This document shows positions 1-10,216 of a stretch of 64,000 bases of DNA, in pieces. This stretch comes from Candidatus Xenolissoclinum pacificiensis L6 (GTDB lineage Bacteria > Pseudomonadota > Alphaproteobacteria > Rickettsiales > Anaplasmataceae), in NCBI GenBank assembly GCA_000512675.1, contig AXCJ01000009.1:14809-78808 (forward strand), in the 5' to 3' direction. Numbering within the stretch: position 1 is the stretch's first letter; the number at the start of each line of letters is the position of its first letter. Position numbers and translations under genes: made by a program. A model generated the notes under the pieces. That model made no database searches. It was not told where the DNA came from and saw nothing but the letters and a program-made list of their open reading frames with translations.

Positions 1-847
1 ATCAAATAAAAATAGATTCCACAAAAAAACACCCTATATTTGAGCACCTAAAAATCTGAATTTTCTAGTAAGATCACTCCAAAAGATCAAATTTTATGAC
101 CTATACAGATCAAACTCTCTGAACAGTTAATGCAATATTTGACACAAGCACACAATCACTATATTCCTTTACCCCAGGATAATATCTCTGTAAAACATAG
201 CAATGAGGACAGTGTCAATAATAATCTGGAAAACAACATTTAAGAAACTACTACAGAACCATCTATAGAGATATCGCATGCTAAAATATTGCTCATAAAA
301 ATATCCTAGGAAACGTCCCTAAAGTGTTCAAGTTAGTAGAATTCTAATAAAACTATTTTCTAATTAGAGACACTGCCTAATAGTATTAGGCAAATCGAAC
401 ACGAATAGATGCAACTATCTGCACTCCCTGTTACATACAACGAAGGATCTAGCTTTGCAGAAAAATTAGCACAAGCAAAAAAACACTCCATACGAACACA
501 TGTTACAAGCATACAAAATATTTCTCCATCATCCAAAGTGATAGAACATGTCTTTTCAAATAGACACATTCTGCGAGAGCGCATATACCTGACTGACAAG
601 AAAAAATCTTCCGCATCCTGTTAAAAAAATAAGAAACATATATATAACACAACCTCTGCCATGCAAAAAAAATTTCTCATGAAGCATAACTCACTTGTGA
701 CGATAATAAAAAATATGTTACACTTTTTTAACCATAGCTATAGACATCAACAAAAAAATAAATTATACTAAAAATGTAGGGAAATTATCCAAAGCATTTA
801 ACGTTTTATAATCGATCTACTAACATATTAAACGAATAAAAAAATAT

Positions 848-2134
848 ATGATTTATTTTCACAAAGATGAAATATACAAACTGAGAAAACTTGGAAAAAA
901 ATTTCAGTTTGTGACACCGTTTACGGAACAAGAGACAGTAGAACTATTTTCCAATTATCCAGAGTTAGCAACCGTATCTTTTCAAATAGAAGCATTATGT
1001 AATAGCGTATGTACCCTGGCTGACCATCAAAAAATTTCCGTACCCTACAAAACATACATACAAAATCTAACCACTACTATAAATGAAATTGATCGTAAGA
1101 ACCAAATACTTGAGGTGCTAACAAAATCATATGCTATATCGTCGCAAACATCTGCTATTGAGCCCAACAAACAACAAGATATAAAGAATACTATGCAAGA
1201 CTTGTGTAGTATTTGCACTACGGAGATCAAAAGCTTACGCAAGATTATACATAGAATTAAAGTGGTGTGTGTAACAGATCAATTAGCAAGTAATAATCAT
1301 CTTATAATCGCGAAAGAATTGCAAGAAATACAAAATACACACATTACTATAAAAGGACACCTTGCAATATATCAGCAGACATTATTAAAGCAACATCAAG
1401 GGTTATCCCTGAAAAAAAATGTTGGGCGTACAGGACAAAATATACAGCCTACTTCATTTGATAAAACATCACCTGCAACTTCAACATCTGTATTACCACC
1501 TATAGATAATTCTACTCCAGAAACATTCTTGGAAAGATATGCGTCTTACGGCCTGAACAAAGATGTTATCCCTACAGTAAATATAGATAAGAAAGATATA
1601 GAGCATGCTTTATTGCAAAAACATCCGCATTTAGACCCAAATTTTTTTGAGCTTACAATAAGAAATATAGATAAAAAAAATATAGAGCTTGCATTACCTG
1701 ATAAAACATCAATTGCAACTTCAACATCTGTATTACCATCTATAGACAATTCTACTGTTCAACATACAAAAAAACCGAAAAGTACGCTTCCTTCCGGTGC
1801 ACGTCTGGAAAGATTATGGCAAAAATATCCAGATTTAGACCCGAACAAAGATCTTAACCTTACAACAAGAAATATAGATCAGAAAAATTCACAGCTTGCT
1901 CAATCTAATAACACACCACCTGCAAATTTAACGACAGCATCACCTGCAACAAGTTTAACAACTACAGCGTCACCTGCATGCGCTACACATGAACCAATCC
2001 TATATGAAAATACAAAAAAAACCCTACTATCACAAAGAAGCATGGATGCTCTCAATTACAATCCTGGTCTGAAAAATTTATTGCAAAAATGTGTTAACCG
2101 TACAGCACAAAATCAAAATATAGATAAGAAATAG
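848..2134 (+). CDS. hypothetical repeat-containing protein (orphan, Q/N/T/K-rich)
   Basis: Intact 428-aa ORF in an otherwise ORF-poor tract. Internal 240-bp (80-aa) duplication with core DKTSxATSTSVLPxIDNST and recurring RNID[KQ]KN. No conserved family motif recognised. Confidence 0.45.
   Translation: MIYFHKDEIYKLRKLGKKFQFVTPFTEQETVELFSNYPELATVSFQIEALCNSVCTLADHQKISVPYKTYIQNLTTTINEIDRKNQILEVLTKSYAISSQTSAIEPNKQQDIKNTMQDLCSICTTEIKSLRKIIHRIKVVCVTDQLASNNHLIIAKELQEIQNTHITIKGHLAIYQQTLLKQHQGLSLKKNVGRTGQNIQPTSFDKTSPATSTSVLPPIDNSTPETFLERYASYGLNKDVIPTVNIDKKDIEHALLQKHPHLDPNFFELTIRNIDKKNIELALPDKTSIATSTSVLPSIDNSTVQHTKKPKSTLPSGARLERLWQKYPDLDPNKDLNLTTRNIDQKNSQLAQSNNTPPANLTTASPATSLTTTASPACATHEPILYENTKKTLLSQRSMDALNYNPGLKNLLQKCVNRTAQNQNIDKK
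1460..1990 (+). repeat. in-frame coding repeat, 240-bp period
   Basis: gataaaacatc..gcaacttcaacatctgtattacca.ctataga.aattctact at 1460 recurs almost identically at 1700. A degenerate third unit follows (NIDQKN...ASPATS). Confidence 0.7.
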
Positions 2135-4031
2135 CTTACTCAATCTGTGATAAATATCACCGTGCTAATACAAAATACACCAACACAAAAAAGAATGACT
2201 TCTTCCTGTCAAAATATTCAGCAACGAACAGATTATTATAAGCTAATTGCAAACAATTTGAGAAAACTATTAATACATACCCACCTGCCTCCTCAAATAC
2301 ATAAACATACATAGATCTATAACAATCTCACCAACATATATTAAATCATTCAATGAACCATGATACAATTAACAAAACGTTCTTTTGCAAAAAAAACTAT
2401 CACTAGATCAATTATTAAAATTCGTTTTTGCCTCACACAAAAAGTTCAAAAATACTGTGAAAATATCTATAGTAAACAAATTATATGCTCAGCTAAAGCT
2501 AGCAATGAAAGAAATAAATGCAATAGATACCAATCGCCAACTCCAACATACAATAGCAAAACAGTATACAGAACACTGGAAGAACAATACAACTCAATCT
2601 CTCTATTAGACCAAGCTTATGATCAGGTCATCTTGACCAATTAGCCTCCAAAAGTACAACAAAAAAAGCGCACAATCATATCTACTGAAATAAATACCAA
2701 GATGCCTCATATTGTTGAACCAATTACTCGATCTATAAAGCAAAATCATGAAATAATCACAAGACTAATAACTGAGAATTTAGATCAAAATCAAACTGAC
2801 ACACAATACAATATACTAAATCTCAGTAAAAAAGAAAACGTTTCTACATTATAAACTATATTCAAAAAAGAACACTCTGTACACACAAATAATAATCAGA
2901 CAGTACAAAAACCTTCATCACAACAAAAACTCAAGACTTTCTCCTCACAAAGAGAGCAGATAGACACTCTATACAACCTCTCTTTTCATGAAAATATGCA
3001 AACAATACGATATCAAAAGATGAAATTCAGTAAATATCGAAACTCACATATTGTCGATTTCAGGCAATGATCATTATCCTCAACTAATTCTAGAAAACAT
3101 TATGTCAATTATACAACGCAAATCATTACTCTCAGAAACAGATCTTCCATCTGATCCAAACATACTGAAAAAATTCAAAATATGGTAAATGATCTGACCA
3201 AAATAGATGAAATTGTCACAAGTACTCATAAATCTCTGCAAGAAAACGGTACAATGCTACTACGAAATATAATCAAAAACAATATCTCTTAATTACTTGC
3301 ACTAGTCACTGCTGTAGACGATAAACAGATAGGAATTTCCACTCAAAACAGCATACAGGACGGATTTAAACGCAATACACTATACAAAACATCTAATCCT
3401 GCAACAAAATAGAAAGAAAAACAGTTGTGCCAACAAGACTACAACGGGAAAAACAACAACAGTCAAATACAAGTGGTAAATTTTTACTTTTTTATCCTAC
3501 ACTTGTTACTTATACAATACTGACTAATTATATACAGATAATACCATTTTTAAAACAATTATAACAAGCATTAAGTCAAGATTAGGTCTTGTCAACTATT
3601 TAAAACAGGAGTCAAACATCTACAGCAATCTCTGCATAAACCCTCCAGTAATAAAAACTCAAAGAACAAACCAGAAGATAATTAATAACTTAATCGAAAA
3701 TCACTGTGTATCGTAAACATATACATAGAAAACAACAGTCTCACCCCCCAGATTAATTTTATCTGAGATAGTCTAGAGATGATCATTAATGTGACTTAAC
3801 ATAGTCTACAAGACCAAATCACCTCCTAAACATCATGATTACTCACTGTTGAACAAACTCCATAATAAATCGCAATAATCTTACTCAGCTTGTTTTGCAT
3901 AAGAATTAATATTCAGATACGACAAATTCGTCAATACCCAAACACGCTAACAATAACATTGTGCTTCAAACTGAACAACACATAAACAAAGTTATCCGTA
4001 TCTATAAAAAAACAGAGATCAAACCTGTATG

Positions 4032-4997
4032 CTAAGAAATGATATATGGTCGCAAGACTTCCTCTGCTAACTCTTCTAATGTATATAACTTATTTAAAAA
4101 CCCCTTTAACCCAGAATTAGCCACAACATTACTGTTATCATGCTCTAGTGTTATTACCTGATCCACAGTACTAAGATATCTCGTATTACCAGTGATTATC
4201 TTAGTAAAAGGAATTGAGATCTTGTGCTGACAAAAATAAGCAAAAAATTTATACAGCGAATTCGGGACAGGCAATAAATAAACACGACTATGAATAGTCT
4301 TCTTCACAAGTAATAAAATATCAAGTATGCTGTACGACTTAGGACCTACAGCATCACAACAACCCACATAGGATAATTCAATTGCCTTAGTTATAAACGT
4401 AACAAGATCCATCACATATAATGGTTGCAATCGATATTTTGAGACCCTCATTACTGGCATTATTGGTAATATCGATAATAACCTACCAAAAAGATTCAAA
4501 AAATTATCTTGTTTACCAAATACCACTGATGGCCTCACAAGCAGAAGCTGCTTAGAGATTGTACGTAAAATCTTTTCTCCTTGAAGCTTAGTAGTTGCAT
4601 AATTTGCTTTATTACCATCCTCCAGAAAAGCCGAAAGATGTACCACATATTTTATACTATTTTTACGAACCACAGATATTACATTTTCTACTCCTCTAAC
4701 GTGGATATCATCAAATCTCTGATCTTGCTGATCAAGAATACCAACCAAATTAATAATTACATCCGCACCTACAGTGATCTCAGTTAAGAGCTCAAGATCT
4801 AGTATATTACAAGAATGCAGAATAACCTGACCTACGCATCCACACATCCTGAGTTGTTTCATCTTTTCTATATCGCGTCCTACCACCTTGACCAAATGAC
4901 CATTTTGAACAAGAGATTCAACAAGATAACTACCAATGAACCCCCCACCTCCTAAAATAACAATTGTTTTACGATCCTGCATAAATAACCCCAACAT
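4032..4997 (-). CDS. NAD(P)-binding epimerase/dehydratase-fold protein, complex I NDUFA9-like
   Basis: Rossmann motif VILGGGGFIGSYLV at the N-terminus, YATTK (YxxxK-type) motif, 321 aa. Confidence 0.8.
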   Translation of the reverse strand: MLGLFMQDRKTIVILGGGGFIGSYLVESLVQNGHLVKVVGRDIEKMKQLRMCGCVGQVILHSCNILDLELLTEITVGADVIINLVGILDQQDQRFDDIHVRGVENVISVVRKNSIKYVVHLSAFLEDGNKANYATTKLQGEKILRTISKQLLLVRPSVVFGKQDNFLNLFGRLLSILPIMPVMRVSKYRLQPLYVMDLVTFITKAIELSYVGCCDAVGPKSYSILDILLLVKKTIHSRVYLLPVPNSLYKFFAYFCQHKISIPFTKIITGNTRYLSTVDQVITLEHDNSNVVANSGLKGFLNKLYTLEELAEEVLRPYIIS

Positions 4998-5202
4998 TCA
5001 CCCAGACACACCCGATGACCTGAAACTAATGAACCATTTTTGTAAAGGTGGGTACCGTATACCCAATGTACAGCAATCGCTTGTAGGGAAAGAGCAGTGA
5101 CAGTCCCCTGGTATCAAGATTACGATCTTAAGCTTACAAATAATCAAAGCATGACCAGGCTAAAACGAGTCTAACATAAAACGAATAAAATTACATTAAT
5201 CC

Positions 5203-5577
5203 TCAATAAATCTTATTATAACACCACCAGTATGTATCTTCAGTAAAATTTGCAAGGTGCATAATCCCTATCAGCAACATACGATTTGCTAATATATCTT
5301 CATTTACTAAATGATGTTCAGTGTATCCCGTATCTAATACATCAGAGCCCATCTCTACCACCCTATAGTCTTTATCTAATAATTCGAGATATAGAGTACA
5401 TTGCAACTGCAACACTGTTGTTGTACTTTCTGAATAACCATATAATTTGATATAGTAGTCTGCTTCGTGTAAAATTGTATTCAACAGTTTGAGATCTTGC
5501 TCTACTGTGGTTGTATTCCGTGCATAATACATAGTGGCAACATTGGTTATGAGTCTATTCATGTGTGGTACAATCAA
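5203..5577 (-). CDS. hypothetical protein
   Basis: 124-aa ORF (TTG at 5577, first ATG at 5562) divergent from prfA. Balanced composition, no motif recognised. Confidence 0.3.
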   Translation of the reverse strand: MIVPHMNRLITNVATMYYARNTTTVEQDLKLLNTILHEADYYIKLYGYSESTTTVLQLQCTLYLELLDKDYRVVEMGSDVLDTGYTEHHLVNEDILANRMLLIGIMHLANFTEDTYWWCYNKIY

Positions 5578-5618
5578 ATAATATTGAACTCTTCCTAATC
5601 TACTAATATTAAATATTT

Positions 5619-6728
5619 ATGGATGATCACAATAAATTGTACGTTATTGCTAAAATATATATAGAAAATCGCTTGCTACAAGAACAAAAACTAGCTGAAG
5701 ATGATATAAGCAGTGAAAGTTTTATTGAAATTTCCAAACAAATCTCTGATGCATCTAATACTGTTGATTTAGCTAAAAAATATATTCATAACTGTGATAA
5801 CCTCAGCAATCTTAAACAAGAAATCTCTGATAATACTGATGAAGAAATGCAAGAGCTATATGACGCAGAATATCAAAAGTTATTACAAGAAGAGAGTAAA
5901 TATCGAGATAAATTTTTATTATCTCTTACTCCTGAAAATCAAGAACATACTCACAAGAGTGTTATATTAGAGGTGCGTGGTACTACCGGTGGAGATGAAG
6001 CTGCATTATTTGCAAATGATCTTTTCAATATGTATAGAAAATATGCAGAAAAACGCAAATGGAAGTTTGAAGTATTAAATACTACCTATAATGGTCTTGG
6101 AGGCATTAAAGAAGCAATTGTAGAAATTATAGGACAAAACGTATTCACAGAATTAAAGTATGAATCGGGAGTACACAGAGTACAACGCGTACCTGAAACT
6201 GAATCCTCTGGCAGATTACATACCTCTGCCGCAACGGTTGCTGTATTACCCGAAGCAAAAGATGTTGATATACACATAAATGATAAAGATATACGTATTG
6301 ATGTCTTCAGGTCAAGTGGCCCAGGAGGTCAGTCTGTAAATACAACAGATAGTGCTGTCCGTATTACACATATACCTACTGGTATTGTAGTCTCGCAACA
6401 AGATGAAAAATCACAACATAAAAATAAATCTAAAGCGTTAAAAGTACTGAGAGCCAGGCTATACGAAATAGAACGCAACAAGTTAAATAAATCACGATCA
6501 TCCATACGAAAACAACAAGTAGGATCAGGTGACAGATCAGAAAGAATCAGAACTTATAACTTTCCTCAAGGACGTATAACAGATCATCGCATCAACTTCA
6601 CGTTATATAAGATTAACTCTTTTATCAAAGAAGGCAACCTTGATGATATGATTGATGAACTCATAAAATTTGAGAATAAATTGTTACTTGATGATATATT
6701 AAAGAAAAATGAAACTAAGCTAAAATAG
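5619..6728 (+). CDS. prfA: peptide chain release factor 1
   Basis: GGQ motif in [24 protein letters not shown]; PxT-type tripeptide ([26 protein letters not shown]); 369 aa. Confidence 0.95.
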   Translation: MDDHNKLYVIAKIYIENRLLQEQKLAEDDISSESFIEISKQISDASNTVDLAKKYIHNCDNLSNLKQEISDNTDEEMQELYDAEYQKLLQEESKYRDKFLLSLTPENQEHTHKSVILEVRGTTGGDEAALFANDLFNMYRKYAEKRKWKFEVLNTTYNGLGGIKEAIVEIIGQNVFTELKYESGVHRVQRVPETESSGRLHTSAATVAVLPEAKDVDIHINDKDIRIDVFRSSGPGGQSVNTTDSAVRITHIPTGIVVSQQDEKSQHKNKSKALKVLRARLYEIERNKLNKSRSSIRKQQVGSGDRSERIRTYNFPQGRITDHRINFTLYKINSFIKEGNLDDMIDELIKFENKLLLDDILKKNETKLK

Positions 6729-6842
6729 AAAGAATAATCTTCAATCATCTCCTTCTCTTGGACAGTATGATATGCCATCCTGCATAATATTTTTCTATAA
6801 CGCAACGGTATTAATCTGACATTGTATGTCCTTAATCATACT

Positions 6843-7835
6843 CTATAACATGTATCGAGGATCAAATATCATATCCATAAGTTGCCATTGGTGGTACAAT
6901 CTTCGATCCAACCCCTGTAATGGACTACATTTATATATTGCCTGTACTGCACTATTAGCAACAGCCTGATAATGAGTACTATTTCGGTACTTTTCTCGGT
7001 CTAAAACATTAACGTACTCTATAGTTCCATCTTGACGAAATCTAACACGAATTGTTACTGACATATCTTCAATGTTCTTAGCTGCGATAGGCACAATCCA
7101 GCAATTCGCAAACTGCCCCTTGATTTTATCCACAATCTTTGCAACAACAGCCTTATTAGCATCAAATTTATCTGATTGATTACCCATATAATCTGTATGA
7201 TGACCTGCATATTTACCATTAGATTGTAACGATTCTATAGTTTTCAAAACTCCAGTTATATTTCTAGTAGGCCCAACAGGTTTTTTTGCAGGAGCACGAT
7301 CACGAATGGGTTCCTTTTTCCGTACTGCAAGTTTATTAAAATCCCCAACTTGTGGTATTCTTAAAGGTTTTGATGGATCCGTAAATACTTCAGGTGTTGT
7401 AGAATGAATGGTATCATATTCTGAAGAGTCATTAAAATAATTATTTTTCTTTTCCGGAACATTATCCATATATTTCCCCGGAACTTGCTGGACAGAATAA
7501 TTAGATACAACACCAATCTCGATATCAGTTGTCATCAGATATGAAGAACTACTTGAAAAATCGAGAGATCTAACATGCACTATATGAATAGAAATTATTA
7601 ATAGACATAAAATATGAAAAACAGTAGATAATAATATACTAAGATATTTATTATTTAGAATAAATAAGCAAAAACCAGGAATTTCATGAACAAAAAAATC
7701 CCTTACCCTACATAATATCCCAGAGATAGAAACACTATCTCTAATATTTTTTAGACGTACAACACAAGATATAACAAGCACATTTAACAAAACCAAAAAC
7801 TTTTTATTCTGAAAAAAGCCCCCCTGATATCTCAT
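6843..7835 (-). CDS. TolA-like / TonB C-terminal-domain protein
   Basis: Follows tolQ-tolR with a 4-nt ATGA overlap. N-terminal hydrophobic helix, P/K-rich linker (KKEPIRDRAPAKKPVGP). The C-terminal domain pattern (NCWIVP...VTIRVRFRQDGTI...AVQAIYKCSPL) resembles TolA/TonB C-terminal domains. Confidence 0.55.
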   Translation of the reverse strand: MRYQGGFFQNKKFLVLLNVLVISCVVRLKNIRDSVSISGILCRVRDFFVHEIPGFCLFILNNKYLSILLSTVFHILCLLIISIHIVHVRSLDFSSSSSYLMTTDIEIGVVSNYSVQQVPGKYMDNVPEKKNNYFNDSSEYDTIHSTTPEVFTDPSKPLRIPQVGDFNKLAVRKKEPIRDRAPAKKPVGPTRNITGVLKTIESLQSNGKYAGHHTDYMGNQSDKFDANKAVVAKIVDKIKGQFANCWIVPIAAKNIEDMSVTIRVRFRQDGTIEYVNVLDREKYRNSTHYQAVANSAVQAIYKCSPLQGLDRRLYHQWQLMDMIFDPRYML

Positions 7836-8236
7836 AATTCTTCTACAACTAATGAAACTTTTAAAATACCTGATTTCCTAATATGATGTATGACTTGCAC
7901 TACACTCTCATAATTCACTCCCTGATCACCCCTAAGGAAAACTTTTTTATGAGAATTATCGTATTTCGAGAGCTCAATTACCAAATCATTCAAACTAATG
8001 TCTTTATTTTGAAAATGTATCATCCCAGTTTTAGTCACAGTAATAACAATCTCCTCTGAAAGAATCATATCTTGCAAAGGAGTCACCTCTACTTTAGGCA
8101 AATCAACATCTATGGTACTCATTGAGAAAGGAGAAACCACCATAAACATTATTAAAAGAACCAATAATACATCAACAAAAGGAGTAGCATTTATAACACA
8201 CATTAACCCCTTGCTTCTCCTTCTACTACCCTTCAC
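7832..8236 (-). CDS. tolR: biopolymer transport protein TolR/ExbD
   Basis: 134 aa, INATPFVDVLLVLLIMFMV single TM typical of the ExbD/TolR family; position after tolQ. Confidence 0.85.
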   Translation of the reverse strand: MKGSRRRSKGLMCVINATPFVDVLLVLLIMFMVVSPFSMSTIDVDLPKVEVTPLQDMILSEEIVITVTKTGMIHFQNKDISLNDLVIELSKYDNSHKKVFLRGDQGVNYESVVQVIHHIRKSGILKVSLVVEEL

Positions 8237-8924
8237 TCTTTAAACCAAGTAATAGATAAAAAAGATTAGGTAAGAACTTGTCCATTCTTTCAGATACATT
8301 ATCTATGATTACAGAAATCTTATTATAAAAAATCACCGCAGGAATTGCTACAAATAAACCTAAAGCGGTGGCAAATAGCGCCTCAGACATACCTGGTGCA
8401 ATCACTGAAAAATTAACGTTGGTAGTAGATGATATGGAATGAAAGCTATTCATTATTCCCCATACAGTTCCAAATAACCCAATAAATGGCGAAACAGTGG
8501 CAATTGTTGCCAACCAATCTATCCCTTTTTCTAATTTATCAATCTCTTTACACAACCTAAAACGCATAGTATTAAAAATAATATCCTTATTATCATAGGC
8601 AAGCAATGCCGACTCCTTATGGTTTGCACTAATATCGTGCATCTGCTTATAACCACTGGCAAATACCGAAACTAACAGATTATTCTCCTTACTACCTAAT
8701 AGACTCAGACAACGCTTTTTGTTTCCATTGAGAAATACTCCTTCAAAAAATATAACCTTTCGAATCTGTGCTCTGAGAAAAACAATCTTATTCAAGGCTA
8801 AACCCCAAGAAAAAATGGAAAAAATACTCAAACTCACAATAACTGTTTTTGTGACCCAATCAGCCCCTACAAACATATCAATTATTGAAAATCCACCCTT
8901 AACAATCTCCAACATAGGCCTCAT
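8226..8924 (-). CDS. tolQ: Tol-Pal system protein TolQ (MotA/TolQ/ExbB proton channel)
   Basis: IATVSPFIGLFGTVWGIMNSF and GMSEALFATALGLFVAIPAVIFYN motifs; 232 aa; overlaps tolR by 11 nt. Confidence 0.9.
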   Translation of the reverse strand: MRPMLEIVKGGFSIIDMFVGADWVTKTVIVSLSIFSIFSWGLALNKIVFLRAQIRKVIFFEGVFLNGNKKRCLSLLGSKENNLLVSVFASGYKQMHDISANHKESALLAYDNKDIIFNTMRFRLCKEIDKLEKGIDWLATIATVSPFIGLFGTVWGIMNSFHSISSTTNVNFSVIAPGMSEALFATALGLFVAIPAVIFYNKISVIIDNVSERMDKFLPNLFYLLLGLKSEG

Positions 8925-8992
8925 AAAATAAAAAACACTGTAAAATGGATACCATAATTATCAAAAATAACAACATTTAATTCATCAAATAT

Positions 8993-10216
8993 CTAATAAG
9001 TATTACTTTTGCGCCTAAAAATATCTGCTATTATATTGAACACCAATAAGACCAAAATTAAAATTATTATTAATATGTGTGTCAATGCAATAAAAAAACT
9101 TTCGGGTCTTTGGCTCCAGTTATATATCTGTACAGGTAATACAATATTATTTGAAAATACATTAAATTCCCTAACAAACGCCGACATTCCAACGAGTATT
9201 AGTGGAGCTGTCTCTCCTATAATTCTCGCCATACCAAGTAGTATTCCACTGATTACACTATTCATAGACATAGGCAACAAGAAATGAAAGACAACTTGCA
9301 ATTTAGATGCTCCTAGCGCAAGAGCTGCTTCACGTATTGTATATGGGACTGCCGCTAATCCTTCACGCGTTGATATCACTACAGTTGGTAATACTACGAA
9401 CAATAACGTCAATGCTCCAACAAGTATAGTACCACGACCAACACCAAAATAATTAATATATAACGAGAGACCAAAAATTCCAAATATAATAGAAGGAGTA
9501 GACGCCAAATTACTAATTCCTAACTCCAGGAACATCTTGAATTTAGAGTTACATGGCAGTATCTCTTGTAAATATATCGCTGTCAGAACACCTATCGGAG
9601 CAGCAAATAACAAGCAAACTGATAACATAGCCATACTACCAAGCATAGCAGACCTAATACCCGCAAATACTGGTTCTATAGAGTCTCCATTTTTAATTAA
9701 GTCATAATTCAGAACTCGTTTTATACACTTATGTTCATATAATGAGCTTATCAATTTCTCGTATACATAATCATCATTAGAGTCACAAGAAGATTTATTA
9801 ATCAACAACGATGATAAAAAATCCCGATAACCAAGAGCAATACTATAACTTGCTGTTAATTCCATATTAGTTTCTCCTAATTGCAGAAAATGTTGTACTT
9901 CAGGAAAAAGATATAAGCTAAATATATTTCTTACATCTTCAACAACTATAGAAGGATCGTATACTTGCATACATTGCGTAATTTTTTCCATAACATGTCC
10001 CTTATCATTCAAATGATTGTGATCAATCTCACAATTTACAACTATTTTGGTTTTTGTTAATGCAATCATAGATTTGTTCACAGAAACAACAGCAACCCAG
10101 ATAAAAAACATAAAAGGCACAGCAAGAGATAATCCAGCAATACAAGCCCAAAATATATCCTTATTCTTCCTTGATCTTATAAGAAGAGCAACGTGTTTTT
10201 CACCAACTAATCTCAT
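8993..10216 (-). CDS. pstA: phosphate ABC transporter permease PstA
   Basis: EAA loop REAALALGASK followed by GMARIIGETAPLILVG (the GETAPL signature favours PstA over PstC). Long alphaproteobacterial-type N-terminal extension. Confidence 0.8.
   Translation of the reverse strand: MRLVGEKHVALLIRSRKNKDIFWACIAGLSLAVPFMFFIWVAVVSVNKSMIALTKTKIVVNCEIDHNHLNDKGHVMEKITQCMQVYDPSIVVEDVRNIFSLYLFPEVQHFLQLGETNMELTASYSIALGYRDFLSSLLINKSSCDSNDDYVYEKLISSLYEHKCIKRVLNYDLIKNGDSIEPVFAGIRSAMLGSMAMLSVCLLFAAPIGVLTAIYLQEILPCNSKFKMFLELGISNLASTPSIIFGIFGLSLYINYFGVGRGTILVGALTLLFVVLPTVVISTREGLAAVPYTIREAALALGASKLQVVFHFLLPMSMNSVISGILLGMARIIGETAPLILVGMSAFVREFNVFSNNIVLPVQIYNWSQRPESFFIALTHILIIILILVLLVFNIIADIFRRKSNTY

Noticed and set aside
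360-624. Overlapping 79-aa (-) and 71-aa (+) track ORFs
   Set aside because: They are mutually antisense, lie in the decaying A/C-rich tract, and carry no motifs. Most likely chance ORFs or fragments.
2360-2644. Two overlapping + strand track ORFs (94 and 74 aa)
   Set aside because: They overlap in different frames inside the same decaying tract. At most they are fragments of a broken larger gene, not independent genes.
5040-5165. Assignment of the GC-rich island as SRP (4.5S) RNA, tmRNA or RNase P RNA
   Set aside because: I tried to align it to the conserved SRP helix-8 core (GGUCC-GGAA-GGAAGCAGCC), tmRNA tag/T-arm features and the RNase P GGAAAGUCC box. Only loose resemblance (GGGAAAGAGCAG), no consistent pairing. 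Kept only as an unclassified candidate.
6170-6200. PET instead of PAT/PVT in the RF1 codon-recognition tripeptide as an anomaly
   Set aside because: It still fits the PxT definition of RF1, and the middle residue is variable. Not evidence of altered stop-codon recognition.
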